Assembly: GCA_965219625.1 (NCBI GenBank)
Contig: OZ244782.1
Coordinates: forward strand, 2,727,551 to 2,791,550
Reading direction: 5' to 3'
Length of the DNA: 64,000 bases
Source of the DNA: Candidatus Multivoraceae bacterium
GTDB taxonomy: Bacteria; Acidobacteriota; Thermoanaerobaculia; Multivoradales; Multivoraceae
The position numbers and the translations under genes are program-made. How positions within the stretch are numbered: position 1 is the stretch's first letter; the number at the start of each line of letters is the position of its first letter. This document shows positions 41,563-49,717 of this stretch, piece after piece. The notes under the pieces were generated by a model that saw nothing but the letters and a program-made list of their open reading frames with translations, ran no database searches and was not told the DNA's origin.

Positions 41563-43278
41563 TCAGTTCGGGCGTCGCGGCGCCCGGAGCGGCTGACGCG
41601 CTCGATACAGCGCGAGGCGGTCGAGACGTTGCGGAGAATTCCCGCCGGCGGCCTGCCGCTCCTGCTCGAGTGCCCGTTGTTGCCAGAGCACGGCGTCGTC
41701 GAAACGTCCGGCTTCGGCCAGGGCCATGGCCAGGGTCTCCAGATGGTCGAGCGCTGGTTGCTCGTCGACAACACCCTGAGCGAGGTCGACCGCCCGGGCG
41801 CCGTCGCGAGCCGCATCGTCGGGGCTCGTGGCAAGAAGCCGCGCCAGGAGGTGGCGTGTCGCGATGTCGGCGGGGAAGCGCTCCAAAGCCTCGTCCAACG
41901 TCCGGCGCGCCGCAAGGTAGCGGCCGGTCTCGAACCGCATGAGACCGAGATTGAAACGCGCCTGGAGGTCGTCCGGCGTCAACGCGACGAGGGCCTGAAG
42001 CTGGTCCGCGGCTGCTTCCGCCCGCCCCGAGCCGATGAGCAGGGCGGCGAAGGTGCGGCGGGCTTCGGCCATCGCGGGGTCCGCGGCGACGATCCGCTCG
42101 AGTTCGGCGATGGCGCCCTCCGCGTCGCCAACGACGGCTCGCATCTGCGCCCGCTCAAGGCGCCAAGGCAGGTTGTCCGGCATGAGGTCCGCCGCTCGCT
42201 CCAGGTGGGCGGCGCTCTGGGTTCGCCGGCCGGCTCGTTTGAGGAGCGCCGCGAGCGCGTAGTGGGCCGGACCGTGTTCCGGGTCGAGCGCGATCGTCCG
42301 GCGCAGATGACGTTCCGCGCGTTCGTTCTGGCCGACGACGAGCAGCGAACCGGCGAGGCGGAAGTGAGCCTCCTCGTCCGTTTCGTCCGTTTCGAGGATC
42401 TCCTCGTAGAGTCGAATCGCCCGCTCGTAGTCGCCCTCGGCGGCGGCGGCGACGGCGCGGTCGAGCGGCAGCGTGACGTCCTCCTCGAGCGGCCTCAGGC
42501 GTTCAAGCAACGGGTCGTACATCGGAATGAGGACGTCCTGGTTCAGGCGCCACGCCTCGGCGGCCCGGTCGGCGTCGCCGAGGGCGCGGTAGGCGAGGCC
42601 GACGTGGTGGTTCGCCTCGCTGCCCTCGGGCTGGGTCGCCGCGACCTCCTGGAAGAACTCCAGCGCCCTGGCCGGGTCGTCGCGCTCGAGGGCGATGTAG
42701 CCGAGTCCGACGCGGGCCGTGGCGCTTTGGGGATAGGCCTCGAGCGCCTTCTTGTAGGCGGCTTCCGCGGCGTCGACGTCGCCCGCGGCGACGTGGAGTT
42801 CCGCCAGCCGGATCAAGGTCGGCGGGTCATCGGGCCGGATGGCGAGCGCCTCTTCGGCACTTGCGAGCGCTGCTGGCAGGTCGCCGAGCTCGATGTGGAG
42901 CAGCAGCTTGAAGTAGGCCCACTGGAAGTCCGCCGGCGCGAGATCTCGTAGCTGGTCGAGGCAAACCGCGGCGGCGTCATGAAGCTCGTAGTGCAGGTAG
43001 CGAGCGCAGAGGTCGCCGAACGTGTTCGCCGCCAATTGCGCCTGCATCGGCTCGGCGGCATGTTGCAGCGCGCCGGCCGTGAGCGTTCGGTAGTCCCGGA
43101 GCCTCTGGGCTTGAGCTGCGGGGACCCGGCTCAGGTCGGGCGCCGGCACCTGGGTGAGATCCAGCGTCTCCTTGACCCGCCGGATCTCCAGGATCTCGGC
43201 GAAGTCCTGGGCGCCGCCCGGCAGGGAAGCGAGAGACAGCGCGGCCAACATGACCAAGCTCGCAGGAACCGAGTTCAC
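41563..43278 (-). CDS. Secreted TPR-repeat protein
   Basis: 571 aa; signal peptide MNSVPASLVMLAALSLASLPGGAQ; >10 TPR-like repeats. Confidence 0.7.
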   Translation of the reverse strand: MNSVPASLVMLAALSLASLPGGAQDFAEILEIRRVKETLDLTQVPAPDLSRVPAAQAQRLRDYRTLTAGALQHAAEPMQAQLAANTFGDLCARYLHYELHDAAAVCLDQLRDLAPADFQWAYFKLLLHIELGDLPAALASAEEALAIRPDDPPTLIRLAELHVAAGDVDAAEAAYKKALEAYPQSATARVGLGYIALERDDPARALEFFQEVAATQPEGSEANHHVGLAYRALGDADRAAEAWRLNQDVLIPMYDPLLERLRPLEEDVTLPLDRAVAAAAEGDYERAIRLYEEILETDETDEEAHFRLAGSLLVVGQNERAERHLRRTIALDPEHGPAHYALAALLKRAGRRTQSAAHLERAADLMPDNLPWRLERAQMRAVVGDAEGAIAELERIVAADPAMAEARRTFAALLIGSGRAEAAADQLQALVALTPDDLQARFNLGLMRFETGRYLAARRTLDEALERFPADIATRHLLARLLATSPDDAARDGARAVDLAQGVVDEQPALDHLETLAMALAEAGRFDDAVLWQQRALEQERQAAGGNSPQRLDRLALYRARQPLRAPRRPN

Positions 43279-43697
43279 CGTTCGGGGATCGCCGGAATCT
43301 CGTCTTCCGGAAGACCTTTCGTCAGCAAGTACTGCCGGATGCGTCTTGCGAACGCGGTAGCCCGGACGTGTTCATCCCGAGCGTCCTCGGCGCTGAAGTG
43401 GGCGAAGACGTTGTATTCGGCCCGGTTCCGATCGTCCAGCCCTTCGCTGAGTTCCCTGGCCCAGGAGGGTTCGATCTCCGCCGTTTGCACCAGGTGAAGG
43501 CCGAACATACTGCGAACGCCGGCATGGGTGGTTGTCTCGATCTCCCGAACCGCGAGGGCAGCCTTGGCCGCGTGGAAGATGGAGTAGTACGACCTGGTTA
43601 CCGCGTCTTCGTAGTGGCCGGTGTTCAGGAGAGCCAGAGATGCGCCCAGAGACGAAAGTGCGCGCCTCCACTCCGCAGCGACGAGCATGCGGTTCAA
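43275..43697 (-). CDS. HEPN-domain protein (toxin component of a HEPN/MNT pair)
   Basis: 140 aa; helical, ...TRSYYSIFHAAKAAL...LDDRNRAEY resembling PF05168-type HEPN; 4-bp overlap with the upstream MNT gene. Confidence 0.6.
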   Translation of the reverse strand: MNRMLVAAEWRRALSSLGASLALLNTGHYEDAVTRSYYSIFHAAKAALAVREIETTTHAGVRSMFGLHLVQTAEIEPSWARELSEGLDDRNRAEYNVFAHFSAEDARDEHVRATAFARRIRQYLLTKGLPEDEIPAIPER

Positions 43698-44029
43698 AGG
43701 ACAGTCACGCCTTCGCGCTCGACTGCGTCACAGTAAGGGGAACGGAGGCCTCTCAGTGATTCCCATTCGCCTTCCGTGTACGCCTGGATCGAAGGGGCCA
43801 TGGCGGAGGTGGCGGCCATCGTGTAGCCAAGCCGGCGGAGAGGCCGCATCAGCTCGGCGGCGTCGTCCCGCACGATGAGCAGAAGATCGACATCGCTCTC
43901 GTCGTGTGCGTCGCCACGCGCCTTGGAGCCGTATAGCACCAAGCGCAGCACGACGTCTGCGTGTTCACGCCGCAGCGCTTCCCGGTATGCGTCGAGCCAA
44001 GCTTCTTCTTCGGGGTGGAGTGTAAGCAT
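43694..44029 (-). CDS. Minimal nucleotidyltransferase (MNT) domain protein (antitoxin partner)
   Basis: LYGSKARGDAHDESDVDLLLIV = GSxxRG...DxD NTase motif; 111 aa. Confidence 0.75.
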   Translation of the reverse strand: MLTLHPEEEAWLDAYREALRREHADVVLRLVLYGSKARGDAHDESDVDLLLIVRDDAAELMRPLRRLGYTMAATSAMAPSIQAYTEGEWESLRGLRSPYCDAVEREGVTVL

Positions 44030-44084
44030 GGTCGGGTCCGTCGCCGAGCCGATTCTACAAGTGACGACCGGACGGCTTGGCCGC

Positions 44085-44459
44085 TCAAACCTGTTGATGG
44101 AAGTAGTAGCAGAGGCCGTCCGGCGCGACGACGAAGAAGACCAGGAACTTCTTGCCGTCCCGTTTGTCGATGCGCCAGTTCGCGATCTTCACGCCCTTCG
44201 CCTTGAGTTCGGCCCGCGCCCGCTTGATGTCCGTTACCAGAATCGCCGCGCCGTCCATGCTCGCGTCGCCCCCGTTGACCGCGAAACCGATCCGGACGCC
44301 GTCGCGTTCGAGGATCACCGTCGGCGCCGGTTCCTCGAGGCGTTCGACTTCCTCGAGGCCGAAGGCGTCCGCGTACCACTTCGCCGTCGCGTCCAGGTCC
44401 TCGACCGGCAAGGCGAGCACGTCGTCCTGGAACGGGTAGGCAGCCTCGAACAGCTTCAT
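44085..44459 (-). CDS. VOC/glyoxalase-bleomycin-resistance family protein
   Basis: 124 aa; two betaalphabetabetabeta-type halves by pattern. Confidence 0.55.
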   Translation of the reverse strand: MKLFEAAYPFQDDVLALPVEDLDATAKWYADAFGLEEVERLEEPAPTVILERDGVRIGFAVNGGDASMDGAAILVTDIKRARAELKAKGVKIANWRIDKRDGKKFLVFFVVAPDGLCYYFHQQV

Positions 44460-44500
44460 CGCGTGAAGCCTACCGCCGAGGTCATGGAATCATCGGCGCC

Positions 44501-44884
44501 ATGGAACACGAGGCCCTGGAGCGCGCCCGCCGCAAGGCGGAGGCCATCGGCATCTCGAACGTCGAACGGCACATCTTCCTCTGCTGCGACCAGACGAAGC
44601 CGAAGTGCTGCGACCGGGACGTATCGCTCGAGTCCTGGGAGTACCTCAAGCGCCGGTTGCGCGAACTCGGTCTCAGCGAATCCGGCGGAGTCCTGCGGAC
44701 GAAGGCGAACTGCCTGCGCGTCTGCGACGCGGGCCCGATCGCGGTCGTCTACCCGGAGGGAGTCTGGTACTGGGGCTGTACGCCGGATGTCCTCGAGCGG
44801 GTGATTCAGGAGCACCTGATCGGCGGCCGGGTCGTGGCGGATCGGGTGATCGCGAACGCAGCTGTTTTTAGCAATCTGCCGTAA
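44501..44884 (+). CDS. Thioredoxin-like [2Fe-2S] ferredoxin family protein
   Basis: 127 aa; Cys pattern [14 protein letters not shown] ... CLRVCDAGP. Confidence 0.5.
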   Translation: MEHEALERARRKAEAIGISNVERHIFLCCDQTKPKCCDRDVSLESWEYLKRRLRELGLSESGGVLRTKANCLRVCDAGPIAVVYPEGVWYWGCTPDVLERVIQEHLIGGRVVADRVIANAAVFSNLP

Positions 44885-45133
44885 TTTTATCCAGATGCGA
44901 TAAAAATCGGGCAGATCCCTATAATCGGTCGGTGGATCCGACCCGCAACCCCTACAGCCCGGGCGCCGGGAGCCCTCCGCCCGGCTGCTCACGGAGGTCG
45001 ATGAGGCTTCTCGCGAGCGGAGACAGGGATGGGGTGTGGGTGCTGTTCAGGCCTTGACAGTCTCCGAGCTTCCGAGGTTGAGGCTTGAGCAGGGCCGAGT
45101 TCCGAGCGAGACTGGCCTTGGCCGAGGCCCGCT

Positions 45134-45589
45134 TCAGTTCGCGCACAGGTTCTGCTGACTCTGCAGCCAACGCCGGCACCCGGCGCCCTTCTTCTCCGGG
45201 TAGACCTTGCCACGAGGCTTCCCGAGCAGACGTACGTCCTTGAAGTCGTCGCCCAACGGTCCGTCGCGGGAGTAGAGGAGCCTGGCGCCGCTCAGGCGGG
45301 CGAGCGCCAGCACATGTTCGTCGTTCGATTTGAAGGAAGCACTCTGCCTCAGCGACTCGGCCTCCTTGTCCACGCGCGAATCCGGGACGCTCGTGGCCTT
45401 GCTCTGCCGGAGTGCCTCCTGCAACCAGGCGCGGAACGCCCTGTTCTCGCAGAGTTCCCTTAGGTTCTTGCCGCCGACGACGAGACGGGCGCCTCCTGCT
45501 TCGATCCAGCGCTTGAATTCTCTTGCACCCGGACACGGATCAGGCCGGAAGACCGCAGCGACGACGTCGTTGTCGAGAATCGTACACAC
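45134..45589 (-). CDS. PIN-domain nuclease (VapC-like)
   Basis: N-terminus TILDNDVVAAVFRPDP resembles the VapC xLDTNVxSExxRPxP motif; C-terminus SNDEHVLALARLSG...LYSRDGPLGDDF resembles DALIAATA...TRNxxDF; 151 aa. Confidence 0.55.
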   Translation of the reverse strand: MCTILDNDVVAAVFRPDPCPGAREFKRWIEAGGARLVVGGKNLRELCENRAFRAWLQEALRQSKATSVPDSRVDKEAESLRQSASFKSNDEHVLALARLSGARLLYSRDGPLGDDFKDVRLLGKPRGKVYPEKKGAGCRRWLQSQQNLCAN

Positions 45590-45601
45590 GACTGTTGCCG
45601 C

Positions 45602-46975
45602 CTACAGGCCGATGGACCGGTTCGTCTCTTCCATGAAGAACCGTCGGTAGCTTGGAGGGGCACCGAGGATGTTCCCGTTCTCGTCGATTCGCAGGGGGTG
45701 GATGCGGACTTCCAGCTCCTCTCGCTCAAAGTAGAGGATGGAGACCTGGTCCGGCTTCAGGCCGCTCCGGCCATCGCGGACATCCATGCGGACACGGTCG
45801 ATCAGATGGTCGCCGTGGGTCTCCACGATCAGCTGTTTGTCCCGAGCGGCCACGGCGCAAAAGAGCGAGCCGAGGGCGGCTTGAGCGCTGGGGTGAAGAT
45901 GGACCTCCGGCTGCTGGAGGAGGAACGTGCCGGGCGCGTCGGTCCTCAACAACTCCGTGATGACGGGCAGCACTTGGCTCACGCCGTAGCCCACGTCGGT
46001 CAGGTTCCGCCAAGGGCCCTTGAGCCTGCGGCTGCCCGACTTCCGTACCTGGATCTGGAAGGGCTCGCTCGTCTTGCCGAGGCGCCGGACGCGTATCTCG
46101 TCGAAGAGGCCCGAAGCGCGTCCGAACTCCTCGAGTGCGGTGTGCAGCGTGGACCACTCTCGACGGTCCCGGTACGAGGCGTCGGCCAGGTACATGGGAA
46201 CGGCTGCGCCTTCCGGATCGCTCGTCACGCGCGAGGGGTCGTACGTGCGGCGTGGCTTCGAGCGGACGGGCGCGCTGGCGAAAGGGCGCTGGAGTGACTG
46301 GAACCGGGGCCAACTGACATCCCGTATGAGTGCCTGAAGGCCCTTCCGATCGTCCTCGGAGGGCGCGCCGGCCCCCTCTGGGGAGGTCCAGTCTGTTTCC
46401 GGTGCGCCATTTCCTGCGTCGACGGCGGAGATCAGCCCTTGCAGAAGAAAGAACCAGGAAATCGGAACGCTATGTTCGTCGAACGAGAGACCGGCGGGGA
46501 GGGCGTCCTTCAGGCCGTGTGACCAGCTGCCGTTCTTCGTGCCGACAGTCGTCTTGCCTCTCTTCAAGTCGAGCTCGATGAACATGTCCTCCTGTTGAAT
46601 CCGTTCGCTCGCCAGTGCCGGCTGGTTGCGCTTCTTCGAGAAGGTGAAGTCGAACGATCGTTCCTTGCCGGTAGTCGGTCGGCCACGCTCGGTCCATCGC
46701 AATGCCGGCGCGGTGAACCCCACTTCGAACGAGTCTGCGCGGCTGCCGCGAGCCCCCCGGTGATGGGCGATCTCGTCGAAGCTCCCGAGGTCGTACGGCT
46801 TCTCCTTGAAGTCCGGCAGTGTGTTCAGATAGCCGAGGTCCCAGAGCGCTCGGATGAGCGCGAGGAAGGACGTTTTCCCTGTGCTGTTTTCGCCGACGAG
46901 CAGGGTGAGCGGCGCCATCCGCGCGCTTTGTTCGTCGCGGAAGCAGCGATAGCCGCGGAGCCTGATCTCGTTCAT
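45602..46975 (-). CDS. ABC/OLD-family (AAA_21-like) ATPase
   Basis: Start at the internal ATG 46975: MNEIRLRGYRCFRDEQSARMAPLTLLVGENSTGKTSFLALI (Walker A); FLLQQPEVHLHP (Walker B/D-loop); VETHGDHL (H-loop); 458 aa; 12-nt gap before the PIN gene. Confidence 0.75.
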   Translation of the reverse strand: MNEIRLRGYRCFRDEQSARMAPLTLLVGENSTGKTSFLALIRALWDLGYLNTLPDFKEKPYDLGSFDEIAHHRGARGSRADSFEVGFTAPALRWTERGRPTTGKERSFDFTFSKKRNQPALASERIQQEDMFIELDLKRGKTTVGTKNGSWSHGLKDALPAGLSFDEHSVPISWFFLLQGLISAVDAGNGAPETDWTSPEGAGAPSEDDRKGLQALIRDVSWPRFQSLQRPFASAPVRSKPRRTYDPSRVTSDPEGAAVPMYLADASYRDRREWSTLHTALEEFGRASGLFDEIRVRRLGKTSEPFQIQVRKSGSRRLKGPWRNLTDVGYGVSQVLPVITELLRTDAPGTFLLQQPEVHLHPSAQAALGSLFCAVAARDKQLIVETHGDHLIDRVRMDVRDGRSGLKPDQVSILYFEREELEVRIHPLRIDENGNILGAPPSYRRFFMEETNRSIGL

Positions 46976-47103
46976 CGGCGGTAACTCTCTTGGCCCAGCC
47001 TGGGCTTGGGGCGTTTTCGACGGCGGGATTCGTGTCGGGAGAGGCCGGCCGGTCGCTCTTTCTGGACGACGCGGAGGACGGCCGAACCGAGCCCTGACCC
47101 ATC

Positions 47104-48618
47104 TCAATCGTATACGCCGTCTGCGAACCAGCGCTCCGACAGCCGGTCGCGGTAGAGCCGGCACACGGCGCCGTTCTGCAGTTCCACGTCCCAGTAGTCG
47201 CGGAGCGTCGGCTGGTCGCGCCACCAGCCCTCCTCGAGCTCCCACGGGCCGGCGGCGACGCGGACCGAGCCTTCGATGCGAACGTGGCGCTTCTCGGTGG
47301 GCAGAGGGTTGATCTGCACCGGCTCGGGACAGGGAGTGCGCGCTTCGCCGTCCGCGGTCAGGACCTCGACCTCGACCGGCGGTCGCAGGGTGCGGACCGT
47401 CAGCATGCCGCGGCCGGGCCTCGGTTCGAGCCGGATCCGGGGCGGCGGAGGCGGGTCGTAGGCGGCGATCCGGAAGCGTTCCGGCAGGTGACCGTCCCGG
47501 GTGCGTGGCGAGCCGATCCGGTTCGGGCCGAGCAGGGCGAGCAGCCGCGCGGTAACGGCGGCCAGGCGGTCGGGCGACAGGGCGGTCGGCCCGAGCAGGG
47601 AGAGCTGCGTCTGGCGCGGCGCGTCGGGATGAGCGAGCAGTTGCATCGAGGTGATCGGCGCCCGCGGCGGCTCTCCCTCCAGGTGGAGTCGTACGAGCGA
47701 CAACAGGCTGCGCGCATCGCGGGTAGGCGCGGGCAGTTCGATGGCCAGCTCGTGGAGGCCTTCGGGCTCGAGCTTGAGCGACAGCTCGAGCCGCTTGCAA
47801 CCCATTCCCCGCGCTTCGAGCCGGTTGGCGAGCCGCTCGACCGCGCCGCGGGTGGCGAACAGGAACGGTTCCAGGTTGTCGATCGGCCACTCGAAGGTCT
47901 GCGCCTCGCGGAAAGTGGGCGACGGCGGGCGGGGGGTGAGCGGTGTCGGGTCGATGCCGCGGGCGGCGGCATGGAGCGCGGCGCCGCGCTCGCCGAGACG
48001 GCTGTGGATCTCGCCCGCCGGCAAGCCGGCGAGGTCGCCGACGGTGTGCAAGCCCCAGAGCTTCAGCGTGTGGAGGATCTCCTGGTCGTCGCCGTCCGCC
48101 GCCGCGTTGTCGCTGCGTTCGAACAGGGACTTGAGCGGCAACGGCGCCAGGAACCTGGCCTCGCTGCGGGGCGCCACGACGTTCGGCGCCCGCGGCAGGG
48201 CGGCCGCGGCTCGCGCTGCGAGCTTGCTGCCGGCGATACCGACCCGGCCGGGCAGCCCGGCGCCGTCCATGTCCCGCATCATCGTCAGGCCGAGGCCGTG
48301 TTCGTCGTCGACTGCGATGTCGAGGTAGATCATTCCCTCGCCGCCGTTCTCGACTCGGGGCGAGAAGGCGCCGGCGATCTCGAGCAGCACGTCCTGCGCA
48401 GTGTGTTCGCGTTCCGGATCGCGAGCGCGGGAGACGAGGCCGGACTCGATGTTCCGAGCCTGGGCCACGGTCAGCCCCGCGTGGATTCCTGCGCGACGCG
48501 CCAGCCGGGAGGCGGCGACGATCCGGGCCGAAGGTCCCTCATGAACGACGACGGCTTCGCGGGCAAGCTCCGGCGCCCCCCGCAGGTAGGCCGCGAGAGG
48601 GAACAGCGCCGCTCTCAT
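47104..48618 (-). CDS. imuB: ImuB (Y-family polymerase-like mutasome subunit)
   Basis: MRAALFPLAAYLRGAPELAREAVVVHEGPSARIVAASRLARRAGIHAGLTVAQARN... (IMS/UmuC-like N-terminus); start at the internal ATG 48618. Confidence 0.75.
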   Translation of the reverse strand: MRAALFPLAAYLRGAPELAREAVVVHEGPSARIVAASRLARRAGIHAGLTVAQARNIESGLVSRARDPEREHTAQDVLLEIAGAFSPRVENGGEGMIYLDIAVDDEHGLGLTMMRDMDGAGLPGRVGIAGSKLAARAAAALPRAPNVVAPRSEARFLAPLPLKSLFERSDNAAADGDDQEILHTLKLWGLHTVGDLAGLPAGEIHSRLGERGAALHAAARGIDPTPLTPRPPSPTFREAQTFEWPIDNLEPFLFATRGAVERLANRLEARGMGCKRLELSLKLEPEGLHELAIELPAPTRDARSLLSLVRLHLEGEPPRAPITSMQLLAHPDAPRQTQLSLLGPTALSPDRLAAVTARLLALLGPNRIGSPRTRDGHLPERFRIAAYDPPPPPRIRLEPRPGRGMLTVRTLRPPVEVEVLTADGEARTPCPEPVQINPLPTEKRHVRIEGSVRVAAGPWELEEGWWRDQPTLRDYWDVELQNGAVCRLYRDRLSERWFADGVYD

Positions 48619-48640
48619 GCAGGCGATGCGGGTTCTTCGT

Positions 48641-49474
48641 TCATCCGGCACGGCGCAGGTTCTCGGTGGGTGAGGCGGCTTGGCCGCTTTCCGCGGGTCG
48701 GGGTCGAGGTCGGGACAGGGGGCGTCGCAAGCTGCCGGTGAGCACGCGGAGTTCGATATCCGTCGCAGTACCTGGCCGTTCGCCGCGCGACTTGGCGAGT
48801 TCAAGCCGGGCTCGGAGCCCGTCCAGCAACCGCGGACTCCTCGGTGCGGCCTGCGCCCAGAGGGCGCGGCTCGGCGACGTTCGCGACCTCAGATCGAGAA
48901 TCTTCTGTGGCGCCGTACCCCCGGCGCGGTACGGCGTCGCGATCAGCAGCGCGGCTTGATGGTCCTCCGCCGTCCGCCGCAGCCGCAGCCACGCCGATTC
49001 CTTGCCGCGTCCGCCGGGTACGGGAGGCAGGCCCAGGTCGATGACGACCAGGGGGAAGCCGCCGTCGATCAGCGCCTCGGCGCTGCCCAGCGCCTGCTTG
49101 AGCCGCTCGGGCCGCGCCCAGAGCAGTCGTTCGAGGTCGACTCCGGCGCGCGCCGCCACCTGGGGATCGAAGTGATCGCCGAGATCGACCAGCGCCGCCG
49201 ATTCACCACTCTCGGTAGCGCCGGCCAACAGTTCGGTCACCAGCGAGAAGCGCCCGCTGCTTCGCGCCCCGACCAACTCCACCGTCTGTCCGCGCCGGAT
49301 GCCGCCCCCCAGCAATCGGTCGACGCCGGCAAGCCGCGTGGGGAACACGCCGTCGACGGCGTCCTGGACTCCGGCCTGATCGTCGCTGTTGACCAGATCC
49401 CGCCCGCGTCGGATCTGACGCAGCAGAGACCGCGGCCATTGCGGATCGGTGAGTGCTGCGGGCAGGGAAGTCAC
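48641..49474 (-). CDS. imuA: ImuA (RecA/SulA-like cell-division inhibitor family)
   Basis: 277 aa; ...RGQTVELVGARSSGRFSLVTELLAGA...PLVVIDLGLPP; positioned directly upstream of imuB. Confidence 0.65.
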   Translation of the reverse strand: MTSLPAALTDPQWPRSLLRQIRRGRDLVNSDDQAGVQDAVDGVFPTRLAGVDRLLGGGIRRGQTVELVGARSSGRFSLVTELLAGATESGESAALVDLGDHFDPQVAARAGVDLERLLWARPERLKQALGSAEALIDGGFPLVVIDLGLPPVPGGRGKESAWLRLRRTAEDHQAALLIATPYRAGGTAPQKILDLRSRTSPSRALWAQAAPRSPRLLDGLRARLELAKSRGERPGTATDIELRVLTGSLRRPLSRPRPRPAESGQAASPTENLRRAG

Positions 49475-49604
49475 GACGACGTTCAGCGGAACGAGAGAAG
49501 TCGAAGAAATGGAAAGAGAGCATCTTAGCGCAACTAAGGCGGAAAAAGTGGCTCACATCGGCGAACCTCGCAAAGCCCCGAAGCGTCGTACGAAGACTGC
49601 GAGC

Positions 49605-49641
49605 CGAACTCTGAATATGCTGAACTCTTATTCAGAGTTCG
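49605..49641. promoter_or_regulatory. 37-bp perfect inverted repeat (CGAACTCTGAATA-N11-TATTCAGAGTTCG) in the divergent imuA/fic intergenic region; candidate LexA-type (SOS) operator
   Basis: The arms are exact reverse complements. The outer ends are CGAAC...GTTCG, and the spacer repeats GAACTCT. It lies 131 bp upstream of imuA and 77 bp upstream of fic. Confidence 0.45.
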
Positions 49642-49717
49642 TGGACAAGGACTGGATTCTCCGTTCCGTGATAAAACTCACGGCGCAACTCTTCATACGA
49701 CGAAGCGGAGTGCATCG

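Noticed and set aside
45050-45090. TTGACA hexamer resembling a sigma70 -35 box
   Set aside because: There is no acceptable -10 element at 16-18 bp spacing. It is probably a chance match.
44952-45536. 194-aa minus ORF and 44456..44992 minus ORF
   Set aside because: They are out-of-frame overlaps with, or antisense to, the PIN and ferredoxin genes. They are Arg-rich with no domain signal.
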